Source: a virus (lineage: Duplodnaviria; Caudoviricetes). From it: a stretch of DNA of 55,956 nucleotides. Within the stretch, counting starts at the first letter, position 1, and each line of letters opens with the position of its first letter. The notes under the pieces are model-generated. The model saw only the letters and a list, made by a program, of their open reading frames with translations, was not told the origin of the DNA and did not search any database. Shown here in pieces: positions 9,318 through 17,558 of the stretch. The stretch lies in the IMG/VR virus record IMGVR_UViG_3300032303_001999, positions 1-55,956 of that record; one strand, 5' to 3'. Both the position numbers and the translations under genes were made by a program.

Positions 9318-9628
9318 AGGAAGAAGACCCAAAACACGTTCCATCTATTGCAGAGATGGCCAGTGCGGCCGCCGAGATAACTTGGAGAATTATGAGTAAT
9401 GGATCGGACAAGTCGGCCTATGGTGAATGGCTTCACAAGGACAAACCGACATACGACTATCATATCTGTAGGGCAATCAAGCACGCCGTAACTGCCCAGC
9501 AACAGATCCACCTAAACGAACCCCAGCCCGACATCAACGGAGAGACGGCCATAGACCACCTAGAAAGGACTATTGTTCGTGGTCTTTTTGCATGGTTTCA
9601 GCTCAAGAGGAAAATGCCTAGACTATGA
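9314..9628 (+). CDS. DUF5664-like (dATP/dGTP diphosphohydrolase-like) protein
   Basis: G..K....W.....YH..RA.KH......D..GE...DHL pattern. Confidence 0.5.
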   Translation: MKEEDPKHVPSIAEMASAAAEITWRIMSNGSDKSAYGEWLHKDKPTYDYHICRAIKHAVTAQQQIHLNEPQPDINGETAIDHLERTIVRGLFAWFQLKRKMPRL

Positions 9629-10680
9629 AGGTTTATATCTGGGGATACTTGCACCAATGCGGCGGAGCTGGCCCCGAAACAGGCCACGCCATCGAGCTGT
9701 TCCGAGATAACGGAGTCGAGGTCACTTGCGTTGTTCCACAGGGAACAGATGTGCTTTCGACATCTGAGCCTAGGAGGAGGTACTTGGACTCCCTTGGGGT
9801 CGCTACAGAAGCCTATTCACCTGGCATGTTTAACGATCAGAATATCTGGTGTTGGTGCGAAGATAGCCTCTTTGAGTACTTGATAAGGCACGAGGAAACG
9901 CCTCGGCAAATAGTTTACTGGCCGTGCATGAATAATTTTAGGGACAGGGAGCTTATCGCCATTGCTAAGATCAAGAACTTGCGGATATTATGTCAAACCG
10001 AATATCAGCTTGGCCAGCTCACGCAACGCATTAACGATGTGGGGATTTCGGCGGATATGCGTCACGTTTACCCCTTCTTTAATTTGAACAGCAAATGGGG
10101 TAAATTCCGATTCAGCGACAAGCCTTTGGACAGGCTAAACGTGATAAGAATTGGCCGCGACAACGAGCCGTTTAAGTACCCAAGGGATATGTGGGACTTG
10201 TTTTACAAGGTGACAACCCCAAGCGGAGTAACATCAAAGCTGTTCGTAATCGGATGGGGCGAGGAGGGCGAAAAGCTTTTGGGGAACATAGGGGATCCAA
10301 TCAATTCATATTTTGGGAAGATCAATGCCGAGGTTATTCCGCATATTTATAGCCCCAGCGAGCTGGCGAACCACTTTAGGGATGCTCACGCACATCTTAT
10401 GTTTTACCCATTCCACGAGAATGCGCCACGAGCAATGTTTGAGGCTATGGCTTGCGGGTCGGTTGTTGTGGGTCCTACTCACGGCGGAATTCCAGAGTTT
10501 ATCAGAGACCAAGAGACTGGCTTTCTGGTTTCGAGCAACGACGAGGCTTCACACAGGCTTTCACAGCTTGCCTTTAGCCCAAATAAAGCAAGGCGGATGG
10601 CTGAGAACGCATACGACAACCTAAAAAAGGGTATTGGATGCCCCAAGTGTGCATACGAAAGGTTTTCTGAACACCTATGA
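9625..10680 (+). CDS. GT-B fold (family 4-like) glycosyltransferase
   Basis: N-terminal CGGAGPE; ENAPRAMFEAMACG..VVG...GGIPEFI..TGFL signature. Confidence 0.85.
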   Translation: MKVYIWGYLHQCGGAGPETGHAIELFRDNGVEVTCVVPQGTDVLSTSEPRRRYLDSLGVATEAYSPGMFNDQNIWCWCEDSLFEYLIRHEETPRQIVYWPCMNNFRDRELIAIAKIKNLRILCQTEYQLGQLTQRINDVGISADMRHVYPFFNLNSKWGKFRFSDKPLDRLNVIRIGRDNEPFKYPRDMWDLFYKVTTPSGVTSKLFVIGWGEEGEKLLGNIGDPINSYFGKINAEVIPHIYSPSELANHFRDAHAHLMFYPFHENAPRAMFEAMACGSVVVGPTHGGIPEFIRDQETGFLVSSNDEASHRLSQLAFSPNKARRMAENAYDNLKKGIGCPKCAYERFSEHL

Positions 10681-10943
10681 AAAGCGAGTGGGCAGTAGCA
10701 CTACAGAAACACTTAGTTGAAAAAGTTGCGCCGCCGCCAGATGGCTGGAAATCAATAAGGCAAATCTCCGAGGAGCTTGGACATAGCACTACCCATACAA
10801 GTAAAGTGGTTAACAAGATGGTTAAAAGGGGTTTAGCCGAAATGAAATCCTATAAATGCTTAATGTCTGTGGATGGCAAAAAGGCGGCTTACAGCAGAAT
10901 GGTTCCGCACTACCGACTTTTACCCAAGGCTAAATCTCCTTAA
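10677..10943 (+). CDS. Winged-helix DNA-binding protein
   Basis: PPDGWKSIRQISEELGHS..HTSKVVNKMVKRG...PHYR. Confidence 0.65.
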   Translation: MKSEWAVALQKHLVEKVAPPPDGWKSIRQISEELGHSTTHTSKVVNKMVKRGLAEMKSYKCLMSVDGKKAAYSRMVPHYRLLPKAKSP

Positions 10944-11676
10944 ACTCGGTAGGCAGAATCCACTTCCCAGAGATCTGGCGAGCTTGGTATACAACGAAAC
11001 TACCATCGTCAAAAATAAGGCCATAGACCCAGCCATTCTCGTGATTCAAGGTTCCCAGCATTGAGCGATTGTACTCGTAATCTAGCTGGCATAAGCATCC
11101 AGCCACCCAACCCTGTTTCGGGACAAGACCTTCTACGGAGATGGATTGGATGGTGTGGGTATGACCCATAACCACGTTCTCTCCGTAACTCTGGAGAGTC
11201 TTTCGCAGGGCATAGACCCCAGCGGCGTAGCCGTGAAGGAAGCAAAGGCGACCTTCCCGATGGATTCCAAGCCTTTTGGAGTAGGGATAAGTTTTGATCC
11301 CAAGGGTCTTGCATAGTTCGTCCAGCTCCTCGACCCCCTTTAGAGCCGCATCTCGCTTTAGTCCGTCTGATTCGCTCTCTGCAACGTCCCAGAGTCGCTG
11401 GCAATGGTTCCCGCGAAGCCAGACCTTTGTGCCTTTTCCATCCATCCATTTGCTCAAGAACTCAATCCCACAGGCTACGTCATCTGAGAGGCTTTCGGCC
11501 TGTTCGGCCTTGTCAGCCTTCTTCCTCAATCCACGGAAATCAAATAGGTCTCCGCCCATAATCTTGATGTCGGGCTTAAATGCCTCTGAAAACTGAAAGA
11601 ACTTTTTCACCACAGCTCGATCTTGCATATCTCCGTGGAGGTCGAACCCAGCCATAAACTTTTGGTATTTTTTCAT
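10930..11676 (-). CDS. Calcineurin-like metallophosphoesterase
   Basis: DLH, GDLFD, GNH, LHG, GHTH motifs. Confidence 0.9.
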   Translation of the reverse strand: MKKYQKFMAGFDLHGDMQDRAVVKKFFQFSEAFKPDIKIMGGDLFDFRGLRKKADKAEQAESLSDDVACGIEFLSKWMDGKGTKVWLRGNHCQRLWDVAESESDGLKRDAALKGVEELDELCKTLGIKTYPYSKRLGIHREGRLCFLHGYAAGVYALRKTLQSYGENVVMGHTHTIQSISVEGLVPKQGWVAGCLCQLDYEYNRSMLGTLNHENGWVYGLIFDDGSFVVYQARQISGKWILPTEFKEI

Positions 11677-11885
11677 CGGTAGTAGTTGTCGTCCTTTTGA
11701 GGCTCAAAGCGATCATCGTATCCGTCGTCTCGATCCTCGAAATCCCACGGCGTTCGTGTGCCAGGACGCTTGCTCCACAGCCAACGAGAAAAAGATGATC
11801 TTTCTTGTTCGGGTTTTCTTTCAACCCACAGCTCAATTACCCTTTTAACTAATTGGGCTATTATCATTTTAGCCAATCTCGGCAT
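11673..11885 (-). CDS. Hypothetical protein
   Basis: 70-aa ORF with ATGA overlap to phosphoesterase. Confidence 0.5.
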   Translation of the reverse strand: MPRLAKMIIAQLVKRVIELWVERKPEQERSSFSRWLWSKRPGTRTPWDFEDRDDGYDDRFEPQKDDNYYR

Positions 11886-12358
11886 AGGAGTGTCCTCATC
11901 GACCTTTTTCGGCGGTATACGCCGTCACCCCCGCCAGCACCCCGATCCCCAGCAGAGTTGGTATTGCCCTCAATTGTAGTAGCAAAGCCATTTTCAGTTT
12001 TCTCGATGATCCCTGTATGGGCTACACGACCAAGGGAACTAAAGTAGATCCCAAAGACAGAAGCAGGGGGCGAGTATTCGACCCGCTTGCCTCCAACCAC
12101 CCAAGAAGGACTCCATCCTGTTTGAGGTACTAGGTTCCCATACCCAGCCTCACGGAACACATAGTAGTTAAACGCAGCACACCAAGGATTTCCTGGTTCA
12201 AGGTTAACCGAGGAAAGCATGACATCGACCTCTGGCCCTGTGTTAACTCCCCATTCTTTTACGCCAATTTGCTTTCTGGCTTGGAATAAAACGCACCCTC
12301 GGTCATCCGACTGGCAAAAGGGGGCGGTTAAAAGTATTAACGCCAGCCAAGTAGGCAT
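11864..12358 (-). CDS. CHAP-domain endolysin with N-terminal signal/hydrophobic segment
   Basis: PWCAAF, AHTGII, TIEGNT motifs; likely start MPTWLALILLTAPF. Confidence 0.85.
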   Translation of the reverse strand: MPTWLALILLTAPFCQSDDRGCVLFQARKQIGVKEWGVNTGPEVDVMLSSVNLEPGNPWCAAFNYYVFREAGYGNLVPQTGWSPSWVVGGKRVEYSPPASVFGIYFSSLGRVAHTGIIEKTENGFATTIEGNTNSAGDRGAGGGDGVYRRKRSMRTLLCRDWLK

Positions 12359-12684
12359 ACCACGGCTCCTATAAAAAGGACGCACCATAGGCAAAGCACA
12401 ATGACAAGTCGGGCGGTTCTGGTTGTAGATCTCCAGTCCTGTAGCCAGCTCAAGGTATCGATATACTCGTTGATTGAAGGCCACTCCATTTGTACTACAA
12501 ACCACGCCAGCCACACAGCCAATAGGTAGGCAGAAGCCCCAAGGATTAGGCCATGCAGGGATCCTCGGTCATACGTCCCAGCCGATGGGTCAAACTGCTG
12601 GATCAGCGGGGCGGCCGACCAGAACACTATGATGGCTATGCAAAATGAACCAAGACCTTGGAACTTGGAGAGGAACTTCTTCAC
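12337..12684 (-). CDS. Putative holin (multi-TM)
   Basis: Three hydrophobic helices; between lipoprotein and endolysin. Confidence 0.6.
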   Translation of the reverse strand: MKKFLSKFQGLGSFCIAIIVFWSAAPLIQQFDPSAGTYDRGSLHGLILGASAYLLAVWLAWFVVQMEWPSINEYIDTLSWLQDWRSTTRTARLVIVLCLWCVLFIGAVVCLLGWR

Positions 12685-13070
12685 CAAGGGATCCCCACAA
12701 ACTTCCTAGCCACAAACATAATACCCCCAAATATGAATCCTCTAAACATCCATATCCCTAAAGCGATAAGCGCACCTCGATAGATCCAAAGCTCTTTTAA
12801 GGCTTTTCGCTGTTTGGACTTCCATACACCAGCGTCCTTAATTGCCTCGTTCTTGTCTTTGACGGCCTCGTCCAAGTCAATAGAGGTCTGCTTGCAGGCC
12901 TGTACGGCACTTTCTAATTGGGCTTTAGCTACGACTAGGTGTTTCTTGGCCTCTGGGTTGGCTACAGCAATTGCATCGTCGATGCGTGCCGCGGCAACGG
13001 AAAAATCTGCCGAATGCCTGACAGTCGAGCATCCGCACAGCAGCAATGCCAATGCAATTAACAATCGCAT
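12681..13070 (-). CDS. Putative unimolecular-type spanin (lipoprotein, coiled coil, C-terminal TM)
   Basis: Lipobox LLCGC; helical middle; C-terminal hydrophobic segment. Confidence 0.6.
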   Translation of the reverse strand: MRLLIALALLLCGCSTVRHSADFSVAAARIDDAIAVANPEAKKHLVVAKAQLESAVQACKQTSIDLDEAVKDKNEAIKDAGVWKSKQRKALKELWIYRGALIALGIWMFRGFIFGGIMFVARKFVGIPW

Positions 13071-13918
13071 GGGGTTCCTGAATATTTAGGGGTACTGATC
13101 TGACCTTGGCCTCCCCAAGTACCTTCTTCTTCGTTAAAAGTCCAAGATCCACGATCATTTGCCTCTAGGTGCTGTTCCGTCTGTCTAGAATTTTTTTTCT
13201 CTGACAACGTCCTTGCCCCAATGGAAACGCCTATTTCGGTTCCAGATTCGCTCTTTGTGCCTGTTTCGGTTCCAGCTCCGCTCTTTGTACCTGTTTCGGT
13301 TCCAGCTCCGCTCTTTGTGCCTGTTTCGGTTCCAGATCCGCTCTTTGTATCTACCTCTGTCCCAGATCCTCTCTTTGTATCTAACTCTGCTCCAGCTCCG
13401 CTCCTTGCGTCCAATTCCGATCCAGAGCCATTCTTATTTTCCATATCAGACCCTACGCCTTGCGTAGATTCAGCATCAGACCCAGTGCCCTTCCTCGACT
13501 CCGCTTCGCCTCCTGTGCCCCGCGTGCTTTCTGTGCCAACACCATTGGCTGTCCTTGTGTCTAACTCCTTTGCGTTTGCCTTTGCTGACGAGTTATCGAT
13601 GACCCTAGAGCTAGATGATTCGTAAACTTTTTCATTTGCTGATGACGTCTGACCTTCCAAGGATCTATTGGCATTCTTACCAATGCCAGTCGTAAATTCA
13701 AAATCATTGCGGTCCTCAATAGAATTACTTTGCCTTGATAAAGCTTGATAAGCCGAAGTTACCAAAATCTCATAATCAATCTTTTCGGGCAAGTCCACCA
13801 TTACGCCAAGAAGTGGATTGGCTTGAGTTGCGTTCCTAGAGTTGGCTATTCCTCGCCTTACCTCAAACAATGAATCACGGATAAATGTATCGAGATCAGA
13901 AAGATCAACGATGGTCAT
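13058..13918 (-). CDS. Trypco2-like N-half protein with 10-aa repeats (paralog of 14859..15674)
   Basis: LDTFIRDSLFEVRRGIA...NP..GVMVDLPEKIDYEI; repeats SGAGTETGTK. Confidence 0.75.
   Translation of the reverse strand: MTIVDLSDLDTFIRDSLFEVRRGIANSRNATQANPLLGVMVDLPEKIDYEILVTSAYQALSRQSNSIEDRNDFEFTTGIGKNANRSLEGQTSSANEKVYESSSSRVIDNSSAKANAKELDTRTANGVGTESTRGTGGEAESRKGTGSDAESTQGVGSDMENKNGSGSELDARSGAGAELDTKRGSGTEVDTKSGSGTETGTKSGAGTETGTKSGAGTETGTKSESGTEIGVSIGARTLSEKKNSRQTEQHLEANDRGSWTFNEEEGTWGGQGQISTPKYSGTPCDC
13228..13400. repeat. 30-nt coding tandem repeat
   Basis: Unit about CCTGTTTCGGTTCCAGCTCCGCTCTTTGTG, around 5-6 degenerate copies. Confidence 0.9.
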
Positions 13919-14166
13919 CTGTTTCTCCAGTTTATCGCCGCTTCAACAGCAAACCCAACCAGCGACCCAACTGCTGATGCGGTTAAAATAAAAAACTTCT
14001 TGAAGCTCTCTAGCGACGAAACCCTGTTGGCCAGATCTCCGAATGTTGAGTAACTCTTTTCCATGACATCCTTCATCTGGGAAATATCATTGGACATTGC
14101 GATCATTCGCTCTTCGATTCTGGCAATTCTTTCCGAAATAAATTCTCGATGCTCAGAGCGGCTCAT
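13915..14166 (-). CDS. Coiled-coil protein with C-terminal TM (XhlA-like)
   Basis: ERIARIEER...RVSSLE then hydrophobic helix. Confidence 0.65.
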   Translation of the reverse strand: MSRSEHREFISERIARIEERMIAMSNDISQMKDVMEKSYSTFGDLANRVSSLESFKKFFILTASAVGSLVGFAVEAAINWRNR

Positions 14167-14840
14167 TGAACGTCTCCAGGGTACTGAACAACAATTGGCA
14201 CGCTGAACCGAATCACACATCCAACGTCGTCTTTTTGCGTGTCTGTTCGCAATGAGTATCCCGATCGGCTGGTGCTGGAGGATTGCGAAGAGCTAGTGAA
14301 TCCACTTGAGCTCGCCGAAAGGCTATTAGATGCCAGCGTGGATCGGCTGTTGCTCGAGGAATTTGATGAGGAACGACTATTGCTGGACGAGGTTGAGGTA
14401 GATTTGCTTCCGCTCGAAGAATTGGATGTTGAGCGGCTGGCGCTGGAAGAGTTGCTTGTGGAACGACTTACACTTGTCGAGTTGCTCGTTGAGCGGCTCG
14501 CGCTTGAGGAATTACTCGTCGATCGGCTCGCGCTTGAGGAATTACTCGTCGAGCGGCTGGTGCTCGCAGAGTTGCTGGTTGAGCGACTGGTGCTCGAGGA
14601 ATTACTCGTGGAGCGGCTCGAACTAGAAGAGTCGCTATTTGAGCGACTTGAACTGCTTGAGTTTGAGGTCGAGCTACTTGAACTGGTAGAATTGCTTGTC
14701 GATCGGCTTGAGCTGTTTGAGTTTGAGGTCGAACGACTTGTGCTGGAGGAATTGCTTGTCGATGAAGACGAGCTTCCAGAAACGCTTGCCTTATTATTTG
14801 CTATTGAATCGTTTCTTGTGTCGACAAGTTGGTATCCCAT
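14163..14840 (-). CDS. Ser-rich repeat protein with Trypco2-like C-terminal strand
   Basis: AAGGAGA SD; (SRSTSNSSSA)n repeats; ends GCVIRFSVPIVVQYP. Confidence 0.75.
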   Translation of the reverse strand: MGYQLVDTRNDSIANNKASVSGSSSSSTSNSSSTSRSTSNSNSSSRSTSNSTSSSSSTSNSSSSSRSNSDSSSSSRSTSNSSSTSRSTSNSASTSRSTSNSSSASRSTSNSSSASRSTSNSTSVSRSTSNSSSASRSTSNSSSGSKSTSTSSSNSRSSSNSSSNSRSTLASNSLSASSSGFTSSSQSSSTSRSGYSLRTDTQKDDVGCVIRFSVPIVVQYPGDVQ

Positions 14841-14858
14841 AAATTCTCCTTATTCCAG

Positions 14859-15674
14859 TTATCTAGATATAACCCCTGTCTCTGTATCAAATTTGTCGTA
14901 AAGCCTGTTTCCCTTATGATTTTGATCCGTACAGCGATCTTCCTTTTCGTCTGCGGAGGTGCTGTTGTTTTCGGTCTCGGTTCCGCTGTTGGTGTTGGTT
15001 TCGGTCTCGGTTCCGCTGTTGGTGTTAGTGTCTGTCTCAGTCCCACTGGTGGTATTGGTTTCTGTATCTTGCCCGTTCTCCGTTCTGAGCGAGATATCAG
15101 TTCCGCTCATGCGATTCATATCAGTCTCGCCACCGCTCGACCTATTGGACTCCGTATCGCCCCCGCTAGACCTACTAGACTCCACATCAGTCCCCACAGC
15201 TCTGTCGGATTTATTCTCGGTTCCATTGGAACTGTTTCCGTCATTCTCTTGGTCGCTAGAGATGTTTCCCTCATTTGTGAGTTCGCTAGATGCATCTGTT
15301 TCAGATTGTAAGCTATTCTCGGTTGCAACTTCGCTTTCATTGGCCTGACTCGTCTCATACTCGATTCCAGCGCCAATGGACGCATCGGTTTTATTTTCAA
15401 GGCTAACCCTAGACGAACCATCGTATTCGTTTGAAAATGTTGATTGTTTATCTGTGCCGCTGTCACTTGCAGAGCTTGTAGATTCTCTTGTTTTGGATTG
15501 GTAGGACTTAAGCAGGGTCATCTCAAAATCTATTTTCTCTGGAAGGTCTACCATTACCCCTGTGTTGGGGTTGGCTTGTGAGGCGTTCCGAGACAAGGCA
15601 ATCCCCCTACGCACCTTAAAAAGTATGTTTTCGATGACGCTGGCCGATGAGGAGAGTGGTACGACAAGAGCCAT
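14859..15674 (-). CDS. Trypco2-like N-half protein with acidic 10-aa repeats
   Basis: VIENILFKVRRGIA..RNA.QANP.TGVMVDLPEKIDFEM; repeats SGTETETNTN. Confidence 0.75.
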   Translation of the reverse strand: MALVVPLSSSASVIENILFKVRRGIALSRNASQANPNTGVMVDLPEKIDFEMTLLKSYQSKTRESTSSASDSGTDKQSTFSNEYDGSSRVSLENKTDASIGAGIEYETSQANESEVATENSLQSETDASSELTNEGNISSDQENDGNSSNGTENKSDRAVGTDVESSRSSGGDTESNRSSGGETDMNRMSGTDISLRTENGQDTETNTTSGTETDTNTNSGTETETNTNSGTETENNSTSADEKEDRCTDQNHKGNRLYDKFDTETGVISR

Positions 15675-15675
15675 G

Positions 15676-16545
15676 CTAGAACCCCACAGGAGTCATTATC
15701 TTGTTCATCGCACCGCTGATAGGCTCGTGGTACGACTTCAAGAAGGCCAAGGACTCCGACGCCTTCTTTACGACAAGGTTTTTGTCTAGTTCTGGTTTAA
15801 GTAGGGAAGTTGTCGCAAGCTCCCCAGCGATTAGGGGAACTAGGAAAGCCTCGATGTCAGAGCTTGGGGTGTAGATCACAATAGGAATCTGTAGATCTGT
15901 GAGAACTAACTGCTGTGGCTCTAATGAGGCCGAGAAACGAATCGAGGAAGCCTTCGTAGGCAAGGGGATGACTCGAACTAAAGCCCTAGCCCCACCGCCA
16001 ATAGTGTCTCCGAGGTACTCGGCGGTATAATACGCTGGAAGCCCACTCTGCCTGTAGTAAGTGAGGGTGTCTTGACGTACTGGGGCTTCGGAAAGAAAGG
16101 TTAGGCGATGGTCTTCGTCCCAGATTACAGATCCCTCGATGCGACGGATTGGCGCCCACAGGGGGATCGCATCATCATAAAGCATGCCAGTATATGTCCC
16201 AGTAGCCAAAGACCACGGATCGCGAAGGGTAGATCCAATGCCAAGTGGACACTTGCGATCACCAACCTCAAGGGTATCCCCAATCCTGTCAGTATTAGAT
16301 GACAAGGTCAGGCCTGTCACATTCCTAGATCCTTGAGTTAGGCCAACCCTTACGCTTGCAGGGGCAAGCTGGAACGATGTGACAGGGGTTGTCTTACGTC
16401 CAGAAGGAGCTGAAAAATAGTATTTTGCAAACCCAGCATTGATCGCACCAATCAACGTAGCGGCTAGATCGGCTGGTATAGAGATTGGATCGCTCGGAAG
16501 ATTAGTGAATGAAATGACCCTTTGGGCGAGCTGTAATGATGTCAT
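15676..16545 (-). CDS. Putative head-tail adaptor/tail tubular protein
   Basis: N-terminal MT..QL..R helix, GLPAYY and RVIPLP motifs; position after capsid. Confidence 0.55.
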   Translation of the reverse strand: MTSLQLAQRVISFTNLPSDPISIPADLAATLIGAINAGFAKYYFSAPSGRKTTPVTSFQLAPASVRVGLTQGSRNVTGLTLSSNTDRIGDTLEVGDRKCPLGIGSTLRDPWSLATGTYTGMLYDDAIPLWAPIRRIEGSVIWDEDHRLTFLSEAPVRQDTLTYYRQSGLPAYYTAEYLGDTIGGGARALVRVIPLPTKASSIRFSASLEPQQLVLTDLQIPIVIYTPSSDIEAFLVPLIAGELATTSLLKPELDKNLVVKKASESLAFLKSYHEPISGAMNKIMTPVGF

Positions 16546-17219
16546 TTGGCCTCCTCCAGGGTTTTTAATGCCCTGTCATACTCGGCCTTTAGCAAAGGCT
16601 CTCTCTGTTTGCTTTTATCGGCAAAGAACAACGAACTGCTGGATAGATAGCGTGCAATAGGCAACAGCAGGGTCTCTGCGTAGTTGTGGGGCATCGGGAT
16701 AATTGTGGAGGCCGAATAGTCGCTAGTTGTAAAAGCAGGGGCTTTAATTGAAACCTCCACGGAAAGAGCCGTGCTTGTGGTGGGAGAAGGCACAACAAAC
16801 ATCGTGATCTTGGTGGAATCGGCGGCGTCTGGGGATGGCCGTTTCTCGTCGGCAAAATAAGCTTGAGGCGGTGCGCCAGTAAGGGCTGTCAGAGATCCAG
16901 CATAAATTGAGGCAAACGAATCGTACTCGCCCCTTGTGCGGATTGGACGAAGGCCTACGCCGTCAGAAACACGTTTTACAGGGCCGAGAACCGCTTCAAC
17001 CGAGTCATCGAGAGTGACGTTATTTGAGTTGGCTGAAATCGTCGCAGTAATCGTCTGGCGTGTGTAGTAATCCAAGAGCCGATGCCCCTTGGCCCAAATG
17101 AGTTGTAACGCCGAATTAAGGTCGTTGAATATCCGCCTCCGCATGATTTCGGGGGCAGATGCGTTATTAGGGATGCCGAACACTTCATAAATTGCATCTA
17201 TGGCTTGAGTGACGTTCAT
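16542..17219 (-). CDS. Putative head-tail adaptor (T7 gp11/P22 gp4-like)
   Basis: LN.ALQ.IW, GAPPQAY, VPSP, IPMP..YAETLL pattern. Confidence 0.65.
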   Translation of the reverse strand: MNVTQAIDAIYEVFGIPNNASAPEIMRRRIFNDLNSALQLIWAKGHRLLDYYTRQTITATISANSNNVTLDDSVEAVLGPVKRVSDGVGLRPIRTRGEYDSFASIYAGSLTALTGAPPQAYFADEKRPSPDAADSTKITMFVVPSPTTSTALSVEVSIKAPAFTTSDYSASTIIPMPHNYAETLLLPIARYLSSSSLFFADKSKQREPLLKAEYDRALKTLEEAK

Positions 17220-17506
17220 ACAGCCACCGCCTTGCGAGGCCTCCTAGGTTTTTCAACAGGGGCAGGGGTTTCATCAATAACAGGCTCATCTTTAAGAATC
17301 TTAACTGATGGCCTATAGAAAGCATCTTTCGTAGCGAAAATATCATCCACCGATGAGGAATCCTCTTGGCTAATAACGCCTCGATTCCAGACATGGGCAT
17401 TAAATTCGTTGTTCCAGATAAAAGTATAGTACCGACCAGAGCCACCAGAGAGTCTGATGGCTGGGTTGTAGCGTGAAGAACCAGTAATTGTGATGACGAG
17501 CTTCAT
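17216..17506 (-). CDS. Hypothetical head-associated protein
   Basis: 96-aa ORF directly after capsid gene; basic tail. Confidence 0.6.
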   Translation of the reverse strand: MKLVITITGSSRYNPAIRLSGGSGRYYTFIWNNEFNAHVWNRGVISQEDSSSVDDIFATKDAFYRPSVKILKDEPVIDETPAPVEKPRRPRKAVAV

Positions 17507-17546
17507 AAAAGGAAAGGCGGGGCCGAGGGTATCCCCCCGACCCCGC
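17507..17546 (-). terminator. Intrinsic terminator after major capsid gene
   Basis: GC-rich stem GCGGGGTCGGGGG/CCCTCGGCCCCGC followed by CTTTCCTTTT. Confidence 0.75.
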
Positions 17547-17558
17547 TCTCCAATAGAC

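Noticed and set aside
14841-14861. Stop-codon readthrough fusing 14859..15674 with the in-frame 14163..14840
   Set aside because: Two in-frame TAA codons and a clear AAGGAGA SD before ATG 14840 indicate separate genes. No sign of genome-wide recoding.
14239-14901. Plus-strand ERLVLEELLV repeat ORF (also 13221..13625 and 14959..15348)
   Set aside because: Antisense shadows of the repeat genes. The minus-strand ORFs have operon coupling and non-repetitive conserved heads, and 14163..14840 has a clear SD.
13228-15060. 30-nt repeats as a CRISPR array
   Set aside because: Contiguous codon-phased tandem units with no unique spacers. The DUF2800 nuclease is a standalone phage exonuclease.
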